Shown here piece after piece: positions 26,940 through 39,729 of a stretch of 64,000 nt of DNA (its first letter is position 1; every line of letters begins with the position of its first letter). Source of the DNA: Felis catus (lineage: Eukaryota); contig NC_058383.1 of NCBI RefSeq assembly GCF_018350175.1, positions 9,488,001 through 9,552,000 on the forward strand, read 5' to 3'. The position numbers were made by a program, and so were the translations under genes. The notes beneath the pieces were generated by a model. It had not been told where the DNA came from. It saw only the letters and a program-made list of their open reading frames with translations, and ran no database searches.

Positions 26940-27155
26940 TAAAAAAAATTTTTTTTAATGTTTATTTCTGAGACAGAGAGAGACAGAGCATGAGTGGGGT
27001 AGGGGCAGAGAGAGAGGGAGACACAGAATCCAAAGCAGGCTCCAGGCTCTGAGCTGTCAGCACAAAGCCCAATGCAGGGCCCGAACTCCCAAACCGCAAG
27101 ATCACGACCTGAGCTGAAGTCAGTCACTCAACCGACTGAGCCACCCAGGTGCCCC
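26940..27155 (-). mobile_element. SINEC_Fc-type SINE
   Basis: TSD taaaatgattaat. Confidence 0.92.
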
Positions 27156-27704
27156 TAAAATGATTAATCATTGAATTACTGAATAAACGACTAATTGCAG
27201 GAGGAACTTGAAACATTTAAATCTTCATACCTAGATGGGAAACTAAAATCCTCCAAAAGGTTCATATTGCATCTTAGAATAATCTCAAAAAATACAGATC
27301 AGACCCAACATTGGCATCTGGGCTCAATCAAAATGTAGGAGGAAGCTTAGCAGGAAAATAGGGAGAAAGGGGCCATAATCATTCATTCACCCATTCATTC
27401 CTCTTCAGTTGGTATTCAGCAAGAGTGCCTGCCTTACATGGCACTGTACCACGCACTGGCTGACTCTCATGCCAGTGATGGGGAGGTTCCCTGTTCTTAC
27501 TGAATTCACGTTCTAGTCCAACCACACTGCCATTAGGGAGAGAGAGAGAAGTAGGCTCTCCTTTTATTACAAGCCACTTCCATATCCTTTACAGGGGTAA
27601 AAGGAAAAAAAAAGAGGAAAAAGGAAAAAACACCAAACAATTATATCAGTGAGAGCGACTATGAGTTTTTGAGCAAAGGGGGGGTGATAAAAGGGGGGCT
27701 CGGA

Positions 27705-27938
27705 GGGAGTGCCTGGGTGGCTCAGTCAGTTAAGCATCCGACTCTTGATTTCGGCTCCCGTCGTGATCTCACGGTTCTCGAGATCGAGCCCTGTGTCGGG
27801 CTCTGTAGTGACAGTGCGGAGCCTGCTTGGGGGGCTCTCCCTTTCTCTCTGCCCAGCTTGCACACATGCACTTTCTCTCTCTCAAAATAAACAAACAAAT
27901 AAACAAACAAACAATTTCAAAAAAAAAAAAAAAAAAAA
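27705..27938 (+). mobile_element. CAN-SINE
   Basis: Head, (AAAC)n repeat and A tail. Confidence 0.9.
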
Positions 27939-28863
27939 GCAGGGCTTGGAGATCAACCAGCATGGATAGATCTTGAGAAATGCTAAGGAGGAGTGGGAAG
28001 GAATTATGGATTCAGGGGGGCCAATTAGGGGCGACTGCAGCAGGAAATGAAGGAGTTGCGATAAGACCACAGCAGGGGAGAGAGACTCAAAGACTAAAAA
28101 CAGACAGGACTGCATGGTGGTGGAAACCGAGAATGAAGAGGAAGGCAGAGGTCAACCTGTCTTTTGCCTTTAGAGCTTCAGGGACCAGGAACTGGGTGAG
28201 GTCACTAACAGGGAGAGAGACCTTGCTGGTGGGGTTTCAGGCAGGTGGAGCGAGCTTTTCCATCTCTGTTGCCATGCAACACGACGTTTTAGAGTTTGCA
28301 CATCACATTACATAAAGGACGGCGCTCAACCTATCCACATGACACTGTGTGGTCTCTTAAACAATCACAAAGGTTCTGAACCCTTAACTGAAACCAACGA
28401 TGCTCTTCACAAGACTACAAATCCCAGCCAGGAAACCTGCTGATGTTTGGAATGAGTCCCAACCCAAACCCCACCCACAGAAGCAGCTGAGCCCAATTGG
28501 CTAACACATTCCATCCCTGTTTGCAGTGTTGAAAACCGACCCCAAGTGACCTACAGATACAGTCAACGCCTCTGGATTCAGAGGTGAGCATAAGTTCATG
28601 TGTTCCAACACCGCCCTCAAACCTTTGTACAGACCCAGCCTACCCAATGCAGTGAGGTGGTATGCCAGTGAAGATCAAAGTATCACAAGGTCACAGTGCT
28701 GTAACGTGAGCACCAAAGGAACAGATCATACAGAAGGGAGGCAGGGGGTGGGAGGGCACCGGAAAAGGCACTGAAGATTAAATGAGGGGAGATTAAAAAA
28801 AAAAATGACTAAACATAGTTCATAAATTTCACCTAGAAGCAAATTATGTAAATCCCACATCAG

Positions 28864-28930
28864 AGGGCACCTCAGAGCCTGGAGCCTGCTTTGGATTCTG
28901 TGTCTCCCTCTCTCTCTGACCCTCCCCTGA

Positions 28931-28973
<43 letters not shown>

Positions 28974-28985
28974 AACACATAAAGA
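28864..28985 (+). mobile_element. Internally deleted or 5'-truncated SINEC_Fc-type SINE
   Basis: gggcacct joined directly to cagagcctggagcctgc; long (CT)n tract. Confidence 0.8.
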
Positions 28986-29082
28986 TGAAAGAATCCAATT
29001 CCCCGAGAAACAGTCCATGGCTGATGATACCACCATTTGGCCCATCATTATATTCTAGTTTAGCCTTGAAACGGATTAGTTT

Positions 29083-29295
29083 CGGGGCGCCTGGGTGGCT
29101 CAGTCGGTTAAGCGGCCAACTTCGGCTCAGGTCATGATCTCGCGGTCCGTGAGTTCGAGCCCCGCGTCGGGCTCTGTGCTGACAGCTCAGAGCCTGGAGC
29201 CTGTTTCAGATTCTGTGTCTCCCTCTGTCTCTGACCCTCCCCCGTTCATGCTCTCTCTCTGTCTCAAAAATAAATAAACGTTAAAAAAAAAAAAA
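29083..29295 (+). mobile_element. SINEC_Fc-type SINE, CpG-rich and young-looking
   Basis: TSD gaaac(g/t)gattagtttc. Confidence 0.93.
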
Positions 29296-30695
29296 GAAAC
29301 TGATTAGTTTCTGGGAGGTGTGTGTCTAGTCCTCTGAGCCATGTGCAGGTGCTGTGCAAAGATCAGAATCCCTCCCCCTCCAGCACCCCAATCAAAGGAG
29401 ATTTCCCCCCCTCCACAGTCACCTTTTTACAAGTGAAAGAAAGCCCCCACATCAGCAGTTTTCTCCACAAGACACCCACAAGGACCAGGTCCCCGAGATG
29501 CTTTGTTCACAATACACTCCAGTGTCAACCAAGTGGCCACACCAACCAGCATCAGGCATAACAGGCTGATGAATTTGGTGCCAGTGGACCCGACCCACAG
29601 GAGCCACCAGCCTTCTAAGAGCCACAGTCTGCCTCATGGGACTCCTCCACCACCTTCACACACACACACACACACACCCTGACAGGTACACGACTAATGT
29701 GAACACCTCACCCGGGGAGGGGGTAGGGAAAGGAATAACGCTTTCAGGATGTAAAAGACTAAAACAGTAGGGTACAGATTTAAGCGGAGTAAGATTCCCA
29801 AATGAGCAATTCACCCAGAAGGGAGGATATTGGCAGTGAGAGGGTCTGAAAACCCACTACAAGAATACGCTGCTCTGTCCTAGTCACATCATCCACCTAG
29901 TTCAAAGCCTTCCCATCACTTAGCATGGATCACAAGACTCCTTCAGATAAGCCCCAGATTGCTTCCAAGCCTCAGGCAACCTCTCCCTTACACCCCCTGG
30001 GGGAAGTGTGCCTTCATGGGTTCAGTGAAATCCCACCTACCCTCCAAGACCCAAATTAAATGTCACCTCTTGTGTGGAGCCTTGCATGACCCCTATATAA
30101 AAGCAGCTCACCCTGAGTGTTCCCCAGCACATGCTGGGCTCAGCACCAAGGATAAGCATCTCACACGCTCTATCTCCAGAACGAACTCAACACATTCTGC
30201 CGTAATTGCTTGCTTTATGTTTGCTCTCCTCCCTGACAGAATTCTCAAGCGCCTGCACCAGGCTCTAAACAGACTCTTAGAACCTGAGGGCCAAATACGT
30301 GTTTTTTAAGCATCATTTCACAGGGATGGAAACACTGCCAAGAATGGGGAGAATTAACCGCTGGAAAATAAACACCTTTTGAACTGTTCCAGGAGGCAGG
30401 TGGAGTGTGGATTCTTTCTCCCACTTCATGGCTGAACCAAATAAGGCTTGGAGCAAGCCAACACCTGTATAAGCTGGTATGCCACCTCTGACCCAGGAGC
30501 TTCTTTCTCCCACCTGCCAGGGGAGTCTAAATCTCTATTGAATGCCAGACAACAGAACTACACAGAAAAAGAAGCTTTGTTCTGTAGCCTATATGATGAT
30601 GATGATGATAATAATGGACAGGCATTGTCTCTCTATATATAAGATACTCATTTCATTTATGTGAACATACAGTGAGATGTATTAAAACATACTGA

Positions 30696-30787
30696 GGGGC
30701 ACCTGGCTGGCTCAGTAGAAAGGACATGTAACTCTTGATCTCAACGGGTGTGAGTTTCAGCCACGTCAGGGGTAGAATTTACTTAAA

Positions 30788-30818
<31 letters not shown>

Positions 30819-30822
30819 TATT
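30696..30822 (+). mobile_element. Short CAN-SINE variant with (TA)n after the A tail
   Basis: ggggcacctggctggctcag...gtagaatttactt, then A run and (TA)n. Confidence 0.8.
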
Positions 30823-32084
30823 AATTAAAAAAGAAAAGACAGACATACTTACTGGTGTTTTGGTATTGGAAGTGGGGAGGAACAATCATATTATTGAACA
30901 ACTACATGGATTATGTGATTTCCCTTCCACCCAAAAAAAAAAAAATCCTGTACAGTCAGAAAATGAGATAACACAGCACAAAAGGAGAGCGAAGGTTCTG
31001 GAGGCAGAGGGGCCCTGGTGAGGCCTCAGCTTCACCCTCAGCCTTGAGCAAATGACTGCATCTCTGAGATGGCCTCCCCCGCTGTGAGGTGGTCATGAAA
31101 ACACTAGCCTTTTGGGGTCATCGGAAGAACTTAAAAATACACACAAGCACACACAATATTGGGTGTGTGCATGCACACACGTGTGCATACATAATACAAA
31201 CTTAACACAGAGTCTGGCACAAATTCTCCTGAAATAAAAACACTCTTTGCCATTAGCATTGCATTGTCATGACTGACCTGAGAATTCTGAATTTAAAAAT
31301 GCTGAGTCTCTGGAGCATAATAAGGTACTGTTTTTGGAGGGGAGTTTAATACCAATTGACATTTAAAGTCACACCATTTCTATAAACACACACACACACA
31401 CACACTCCTTTGTATTATTTTTCTCGATAAAGAAAATGTCGCAGTGGAAGGCTATGAAGGACATTCACAGTCTATATTGCATATTTCTGTAATAGTCTTT
31501 TTTAAATAAAAAAAGCACTTCCTTTTTTGGTAAGCAGAAAAAATACATTTTTTATAAAAAGTCATTTCTCCATTTCACTTTTTTCTGATTTTCATTTTTA
31601 AGTGAATCTGCTATGTAATAAAAAGTTAAATCCCAAATTAGGTATCATTTGATAAACCATTATGTTGTTTGCCCCCCATAAGAGGTCAGACTCATGGGGG
31701 GTTTGTCTGTTTTGTCATAGCCAAACCTTCGATACCTAAGTAGTGCCTGGTATATGGTATTCAGTATCTGTTAAATAATACATTTAAAAGCTCATAAACA
31801 TTGTTCCAGCTCTTCTAATTCTAAGGATTCATACTACAAAAATATTTGCCCAATGGCACAAAGATAAAGAACAAAGGCTGCCGCAGAATTCACAATAGCA
31901 AAAAGCTGCAAAAAATACATTTTTCCCAATAATTCTGGTTACTGGAATATTCTGTCATTTTAAAAAAGACTGAGGTAGATCTTTACAAAGTGATAGAGAC
32001 ATCATGGTAAGGAATAAAAAGCAAGCCTCAAAACAGTATGACTGTTTAACAGTATGACTCTGTATTTAAAATTTAAAATAATAA

Positions 32085-32300
32085 GGCGTTCCTGAGTGGC
32101 TCAGTCGGTTAAGTGTGTGACTTGGGCTCAGGTCATGATCTCACAGCTTGTGAGTTCGAGCCCCGTGTCAGGCTCTGTGCTGACAGCTCAGAGCCTGGAG
32201 CCTGCTTTGGATTCTGTGTCCCTCCCTCTCTCTGCCCCTCCCCCACTTGTGTTCTCTCTTTCTCTCAAAAATAAACAATCATTTAAAAAAATTTTTAAAT
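32085..32300 (+). mobile_element. SINEC_Fc-type SINE
   Basis: Head, body and tail recognisable. Confidence 0.9.
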
Positions 32301-32574
32301 AGTAAAAATAAATAGTAAAAGATTTCTGTCGTTTTAAGTAAAACAAAGTTAGATAATAAGTGTCTTTATATGTGAAGGAAAGTATCTGGGAACAGGTATT
32401 ATACCACCAGTGGTGATTTTTTTGTCTCAGTGTAAGGCTATGAGGGATGTTCACTGGATACACTGTGTATTTCTATAATTTTAATAATGACCACTTAATA
32501 GTTTTGTAAACAGAAAAAAATACATTTTTATAAAAACAGTCATTTCTCCATCTCATTTTTTTCGATTTTAATTT

Positions 32575-32768
32575 TTTTTTAAGTTTATTTATTTATTTTG
32601 AGAGAAAGAGAGTGCAAGCATGACAGGGAAGGGGCAGAGGGGGAGGGGGTGGGAGAGAGAGAATCCTAAGCAGTCTCTGCGCTTGGGCTCAAACCCACAA
32701 ACCGCAAGATCATGACCTGAGCCAAAATCCAGTCAGATGCATAACCAACTGAGCCACCCAGGCACCCC
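32575..32768 (-). mobile_element. CAN-SINE
   Basis: TSD gattttaatttt. Confidence 0.88.
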
Positions 32769-34249
32769 TCTGATTTTAATTTTCAAATGAATCCGACACA
32801 GAAGTTAAATCCCAAAGCATTAAATTGAGGGCCCACAGGCCCGATGTGGTTTGCCAAAAGGCACACAGTGCTAGTGCCATAGCTGGAAGGCACGTTCCGT
32901 GACCCCCAGCCCTGTGCTTTGCTCCTTCCTAAGGCACAAGGAAGCAGAGATGTTGCAGGGGCAGCTGGGATCTCTGGAACCACGGAAGGTCATACAGCTA
33001 CAGAAGCTTCCATCAGGGGGAAAATTTTTTGTTTAAAAGCTAAACTCTTCTTAACCTGAAACGCTCCATAGGTTTAGCAAATAAATGTTCTAGATTTGCC
33101 AAGCAGTCCCGATTCCAAATACTCTCCTGAGCACAGGTGGACTTCTGTAACTCAGATCCTGACTTTCAAGGGGTTAAGGAAGAACCAACTCAGAGACACT
33201 GGCAGGTCCCAAAATGTTAGGCTTGTCAGGCAACCAACCAAACCCATGGCCTTTCACAAACTCATACCACCCAGAAGTATTCACCTGCCTTACTCACGTC
33301 GGCTGCAGTCAATGCTCTTCCCAGGTGCTGAGGCACATCCTTGGGGTTCTCTCGGTCTCAAACCTACTTGCTGTTTTCCCCCAAGTGCTAGCCACAAAGA
33401 ATCTGGGACAGTCAAGACCCCTCTGCAGTTTTCAACACCCCAACACAACTGAAGGCTCATAATGTTCCATTCTCTGAAATGCAGCCCTGTTTTTTGGACA
33501 CTCGAGACAATGATGAAGCTATCATCTGCCCGATGAAACAGTTTCTCATCTCAGCTGGTACACAAACCAGGAGAAACGCAAGGACTGTCCATTCTCTCAA
33601 AAAAGAAAAGAAGACCTCCGCAGAGGGCCACCGAGAAAAGAACGCGTTCCCTTCTGGGTTCACTGCTCTACCAACTAGGACTCACAACCACCCAAAGGGG
33701 AGCCATCGGCATAGGCAGAACTTGCGAGGAGTTGGAACCAACGTCTCCTCCCCAAACGAGAGGGCCCGAGGAGTAACAGCGCAGTAAGGACACTGGATCC
33801 CAGAGGGTTAGTTAACTGATCTGCTCACACGGAAGGCCACCGTTCTCAGTGGCACCCTCCAAGCCTTTTTTGATGCTCAGAACCTCAACACCTGTGTGGG
33901 TGGCAGACGGGGCTGTATCAGTAGCTGCACTCCCGAGGAGGCAACAAAGGCTCCAAGAAGTTAAGGGTCCTGCCAAGGTGCCAAGATTCAAATCCAGAAC
34001 TGCCCACTCCAGCCCCATCTCCCTGGATGCTAGAGCTCTAGAATCGCAGCCCAGCCAAATTCAGAGGAAAGGCTGTGTTTTGTGGGTCTGAGAGAAGGGG
34101 CAGCCACCTTCACTGAAAGGGACCCAAACTCTTCCGTACTGGTCATCAGCTTACACAATGGGCTTGAGAAATGTAAGCAAAATGTCGAGGTCAAGTTCCC
34201 TGCAGCCCCCTCATCTCCCAGGAGACCTTGACCTCTTACCCAATTCCTC

Positions 34250-35520
34250 CCACGAGCTAAGGGGGTCACGACTAACCAGCAGACCCCGGCAACGATGTGT
34301 CGCAGCGGCCGCCAAGGCACCTGCCCTGGAGGGGGCATTGCCCCCCAGGGATGCCCTTGCCCGCACCCCGTGCGATTCTCAGGAGAGGCAGGGCTGGCAG
34401 GCTCCCCTGAGCCCTCGACTGAGTCCACCTGATGCTGTAGGGTCGGATTCGGGTTCCAGTCGCATTCACAGAGCATCTCCTACGTGAGTTACCGCAATAA
34501 CTTGGCCTTCTCCTGAGGCCCATTGTACAGATGGGGAAACTGAGCCTCAGAGGGGAAAAGCGGCTTGGCCGAGGGTGGCGGAGCGGAGATTGCAGCTCAA
34601 GCCCTCTGACACCGAGGCTCGGCCCTCGGCGGAAGGGCCCGTCGGGCGCCCTCGGCCGTGAAAACCACGACCCTCAAGCCTCCGCGAGAGGTCAGCGCGA
34701 GGGGAAAGGCCGCCCCTGGAAGCGCCAGGGTGGGAGCCGCGCTTTCCGTGAGAGCGCCAGTTGAGACACGCAGCGACCCGGCCCGAGAGCCCGCCCCAGC
34801 GCCGAGGGCTCGGGCAGCTGAAGCGGCCGAAAGCGGTCGGGCCCAGGAGCGCCGACACCCAGAGCCCCGGCGCCCTGACCTCTCAACCCCACACCCACGA
34901 AAGCACGCACTCACCGCGGGCGGCCCGGCAACACTGTGGCCACCTGAGCAGGACGCAGGCCCGCACCACTGAGGCGCTACCACAGCCCGCGCCGGCCGCG
35001 GGGGTGGAGGCGTGGCCTTCGGGACTCCGCCCCGCCCCACCGAGCCGCGCGCGCGCTGTCAGAGCCGGGCTCCTCCGCCCACGCCCCCCCCCCCCCCCGC
35101 AAATCCGAGCTGTTGGTACGGTCCGGCCCGGCCGCGCCCCCTTAGCGGTCCCGCCCCGCCGCCGGGCCAGAGAGCCTGGCGCGGGGCTCTCCTGGCGGCG
35201 GGCGTCTCAGTGCTCGTTACGCTGCCGGTACCCGGGCGGGCTGCCCCGCTTCGTGGGTCACCGCGGGGCCGTGGCTGTGCGCCGAGATTGTCTGGCCTGC
35301 TGCTGCCGGCTGCCGCTTGCGTGTGTTCGCGCTTCCTCTCCTCCGCGGCCCAGTTCCCTAACCCAGTTCGCGGAGGGCCGGGACGGGCATGCGGGCCTGC
35401 TTGGGGTAGGGGACGGGAAGTGATCAGGCTGGGGGCGAGGACTGGACCGCGGAGGCGGAGACGGGGCAGAGGGCGCCTCTGGCTGGAAAGGTCCGGCTGC
35501 TTTGGTCGTGGTTAAGAACC
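34250..35520. promoter_or_regulatory. CpG island / TATA-less GC-box promoter of POR
   Basis: Very high GC and CpG density. Overlapping GC boxes CTCCGCCCCGCCCC at about 35025-35038, a CGCGCGCGCG run at about 35046-35055, and further CCGCCC motifs. No TATA box seen upstream of exon 1. Confidence 0.9.
34915..34990 (-). other. POR: POR non-coding exon 1 (5' end approximate)
   Basis: Minus strand reads GTGGTAGCGCCTCAGTGGTGCGGGCCTGCGTCCTGCTCAGGTGG...GCCCGCG|GTGAGT, matching my recollection of human POR exon 1. Canonical donor at 34914-34909, inside the CpG island. Confidence 0.88.
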
Positions 35521-35528
35521 CCACCTCT

Positions 35529-35655
35529 GGGGGCGCCTGGGTGGCTCTGTCGGTTAAGCGTCCTACCCCTGATTTCGGCTCAGGTCACAATTTCACGGTT
35601 TTGTGAGTTTGAGCCCCGCATCAAGCTCTGTGCGCTGACCTCTGGGAGCCTGTTA
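35529..35655 (+). mobile_element. 3'-truncated CAN-SINE at the edge of the CpG island
   Basis: Head present; (CT)n region and A tail absent. Confidence 0.8.
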
Positions 35656-36544
35656 CTGATTTTGGAGGACTAGGCGATATAACTTGTGTTTCTAAAAGAT
35701 TTAACTCAGTGCAGTAGTAAGTGGTCTAGAAATGGAAGTCGTTGCCAGTAGTAGTAGTCGTCATAGCGGTAGTAGTAGAGGCTGTGTTGCAAATTCCTTT
35801 TGGAACGGTGGGCAACTCACTTCTTTCAGAACCCATTCTCCATCTTTAAAGACGGGACCAGCCAACCAACAACAATACTTTGAGAGAGATTATTCCTGCG
35901 GCCCCAGTTCTAGGCTTCTGGAGCCAGTCTGTCAAGAACCAGTCTGATCCATCCCATTGAACCAGTCCCTCCAGCAGATGTGATCAATGTAATAGCCCTC
36001 AGGGTGAGGTGCACCCTGTCCAACCAAGCAAGGAAAGGTGTAACTCTTTCACTTGGCCCTCAAGAGAGGGGTGGGGAAATTCCTCTTCCAGATCTCTGCT
36101 ACTCCCTCCCGCCTTCCCAATATCTTGTTGAACATCTTCCCTGGGTGTCCCTGGGAGGCTTCAGCCTTTGACTCTGAATCTTTGTACCCTGCTTCCGTGA
36201 AGCCACAAATTACGACACTGATCGCTAATCGTAGATCACTGAGGCAGGAACAGACACCTTGGTGCTTTTCCCCATTGAACCAGTAACCGAGTCCTATGGA
36301 TTCTATATCCAGGACCCTCCCTCCCCCGTCTCACCTTATCTGCTGCCTCTGCCCTAGTTCAGGCTTCCCTGGGTTCAACTCTCACCTGGATGATGTCAGC
36401 GGTTCCTGAACACTGTGCGTGTCACTCCGGTTTCTTCTACACCCACCTCCAGGGAAGCTTCTTCAAGTACCTCTCTGCTCACTGCCCTGCCTTCCTGTCC
36501 CTGTCTTGTCCTCCCCAGAACACACTCTCGCTGGCCCGCTGGAA

Positions 36545-37420
36545 AAAAAAAAGTAGGTTGGGTACACACTTCACACTCCACACCAATATACATTCCTGAT
36601 GGATAAAAAATTTAAAGGATGTAAAAAAGAAGAAAAAGGCAAAGTCCTACAAGGAAACATTGGAGAATTTCCTGTTAATCTCCAAAAGGGAGTTCTGAAT
36701 TATGACAAACTCCAAAAGACATAAATGAAAGGTTGGGAAATCTGCCTACATAAAAATAAAAACTTGTGTGCCAAAGACCTGCAGACGGGAGGCACCTGGG
36801 TGGCTCGGTTGGTTAAACATCCAATTTTGGTTCAGGTTATGATCCCTGAATTCATGAGTTCAAGCCCCCTATCGGGTTCTCTGTTCCTGATCCTTTGTCC
36901 CCACCCCCCTCTCCCTCTGCCACTCCCCTGCTTTCGTACTCTCTGTCTCTCAAAAATAAACATAAAAAGAAAAAAAAGACCTACAGGCAAAGTCAAAAGA
37001 CAAATGGAAAATATTTGCTATTATTCAGAATCAAAGGACTAGTTTCCCTCATAAAGAGCTGCACTAATTAATGAGAAAAAACAAATTAACATAAGTGGAC
37101 AAAAGATATCAATCATCAGTTCGCAGAAAAAAAAATACAAATGGCCTTTCACCATAGGAAGAGTTTTTCAACCCCACACGTAAAAGAAATGCAAATCAAA
37201 ACTCAGTTGGGATAACCTTTTTAATCTATGATGATGACAAACCCCAAAAACTTGATGAGACACTGTGGGCGGAGCCATGGGGAAATAGACACTGTCATGT
37301 ATTGTTGCTACATCAGTACATGAATATCACCCAGCTATAAAAAGGACAAATGAGGAAGTTCACTGCTGACATAGAACAATCTCGAATAAATTGATTTTTA
37401 AAAATGAAAGTGATAGCAGT
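36545..37420 (+). mobile_element. Degraded old LINE-1 (L1M-type) ORF2/3' fragment
   Basis: aagtcaaaagacaaatggaaaatatttgc; aaaagaaatgcaaatcaaaac. Confidence 0.6.
36787..36977 (+). mobile_element. CAN-SINE
   Basis: TSD aaagacct(g/a)cag. Confidence 0.88.
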
Positions 37421-37460
37421 TGTAGAGACCTACTGTTTGTGTTTTTAGAGAAAGTTGCTG

Positions 37461-37700
37461 CGGTGCCTGGGTGGCTCAGTCGGTTGAGCGTCCGACTTCA
37501 GCTCAGGTCACCATCTCGCGGGTTCGTGAGTTGGAGCCCCGCATTGTCCCCGTCTGTGCTGACAGCTCAGAGCCAGGAGCCTGCTTCCGATTCTGTGTCT
37601 CCAGCTCTCTCTGCCCCTCCCCCACTCCTACTCTGTGTCTCGCTGTCTCTCAAAAATAAACATTTAAAACATTTAAAAAAGAACTAAAAAAGAAAAAGAA
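37461..37700 (+). mobile_element. SINEC_Fc-type SINE
   Basis: Head, body and tail recognisable. Confidence 0.9.
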
Positions 37701-39729
37701 AACACTATTTACTTACCCTAAGTTGAATGCATACACACTTTTTAAAAATACCCAAACAACCTTGTCTCTGGCCAGAGAACCAATTCTTTTACTGGTTCCC
37801 AGTCCCTAAAGATTAGTAACTACACCCTTGATTTTTCTGAAATCAAAATCAGACACATGTGGGTTTCGGACAAGAGTTTCCTGCCAATTCTCCTCCTTTT
37901 CCCCTTTATCTTCACTGCCCAGAAAGAATCCCCTCTTAACTTGTTTAGCACTTTATTCTGGTCCTTATTTCCATGCTGGTAAATAAACGTCTTTGTGGCT
38001 GACTGTTGTCCCATATTTGAGGTGTTACCTCTTCAGCCCTGCTAATGGTCATTAAAACCACAACCTGTCTCCCTTGCCCGCACATTTCAACGTAATTACT
38101 TATAACTCACTTTACTTCCTCTACTAGTCATCTTTATAATGGAAGCAGCAGCCTTGGACCTTTCTCCGTCCATCCACTGCAGGCATATCTCTTCATACTC
38201 CATGATGTTATCATGATGTATCCTTGTCCTTGTTGCTCTGTGCCCCCACCTCTGCTTCCCACGTTCAGCCGTCTGCCCCTCGACATTTCCACGAATGAGC
38301 TTGATAATGTTTACATTCTATACGTGCTTTTGGCTTTGTCTCACGTGGGAAGTCCAGGCAACAAGCGGCATTGACACTGCTGTAACATTGGGCAGAGTGT
38401 GCACAGATGAGCCAATCAGCCCTGTGACTTCAGGGCTCTTCCTGTGCAGCTGCCCTCTTTCCAAAGGTTCATTCCCCACCCCCCACCCCCGCCCCCACCC
38501 CGGCATGATGTAAAAGAAACAGGTCTTCTGTCTCTCCCTGGATCTGGTTTATCAAGCTTTTTGCAGAGACCCCCTCCAGGGTTCTTGAACAACCCCCTGC
38601 CCCCATCCAGACAAGTCACTGTCAAGGACGGAGTGTGAGTTCCTATCTGTTTCAGTCCTCATAGCAGGTGCACAATCGAAGTGTGTGGAAAGGATGGATC
38701 TCCTTAGTCTGGAATGCAAGGGTGTTCAAAAGCCAGCCTTATCTTTCCAGTTTGGTCTTTATGACTTTCCTCCACATACTCTATACTCCAGCAAAATTGA
38801 ACAAATCCTGGTATGCGCTGTGCATTTTTACTCCTCTGAGCCATCAGGAATGTCATTCTTGTTTCATGTTTATATGTCTGTGTCCCACCAATGTGCTCAC
38901 CTCCGAAAAGCTGCCCTTAGCCCTCCTGGAGTGATGGCTTCTCACGACTGTCCAGCCCTCCAAGGCCCCAACTATTTCCTACTTTAAGTCACATCTCCAG
39001 AATATTGGTCTCCTTTTGATCTGGAGTCCGTCCAGGTCATGTCTGTGTCTGGGGTCTCCTCTGTCTGTCTCTCTGCCCCCAAGTCTTGCCAAATACAGGC
39101 AACAGGAGGCATGTGTTAGGTGAGCCACAGAGGATTCGGGAAAGGTGGGCTGGAGTTACAGAGACTAGACTGGGGCCGGTGGGAGCTAGGGACTGGACTG
39201 TGGTCATTGCAGGACAAGGACTTGGTGGCCTGTCCAGGGCCCTGTTTTATTGGGTTTTGGAGCGGGGGAGCTATCGCCACTGAACAGGTGCAGGTGTGAC
39301 AGCATTAACAGTTCATCGTGAATGTGTGATCTTTTAAGGGAGTGATGGGGAGGGGGGGCACCAGGGCTATTATCTGCTGCAGGTAGTCCAGTCCCACACA
39401 TTTCCCCCATAAGTTTCTCCAGAACATGAACAATGTGAAAACTCATTGCACCTGCAACAGACAAAGTGTCTTTCCCTGGGAGCAGCCTTTAAACTGTAGC
39501 ATCCTCCAAAGCTAATCTTACCTTGTATCACTACCTTTTGATCACCATGATCCCTTGGAACCTTCTCTTGTTCTATAGAACCAAATGCTTATTGAGCACT
39601 TGTAATGGGCTCCCACTTGCTATGGGATAGAGGGGACTAACTACCATTTATTGAGTACCAAATAGATCCCAAGCTCTGGGCTCATCACTCTCTACATGTT
39701 ACTGCAAATCTTCCCTCAGAAGTATACGT

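Larger units (their letters stand above)
1276..34914 (-). other. POR: POR intron 1 (about 33.6 kb, GT-AG)
   Basis: Lies between the exon 1 donor GTGAGT and the exon 2 acceptor CAG; repeat-dense. A large 5'UTR intron is typical of POR. Confidence 0.85.

Noticed and set aside
32948..33060. Possible ortholog of SNORA14A, which I recall lying in human POR intron 1 (agatgttgcagg resembles its reverse-complemented 3' end)
   Set aside because: Similarity to the recalled sequence stops after about 12 nt, and no H/ACA two-hairpin architecture is evident. An Infernal search would settle it.
34830..34905. Possible ortholog of human MIR4651 just inside POR intron 1
   Set aside because: Only loose G-rich resemblance; no convincing hairpin can be supported by eye.
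34761..35515. Long overlapping ORFs (220 aa, 167 aa and others) in the CpG island
   Set aside because: Arg/Pro/Gly/Ala-rich products are expected from stop-poor GC-rich DNA; no recognisable protein or splice structure.
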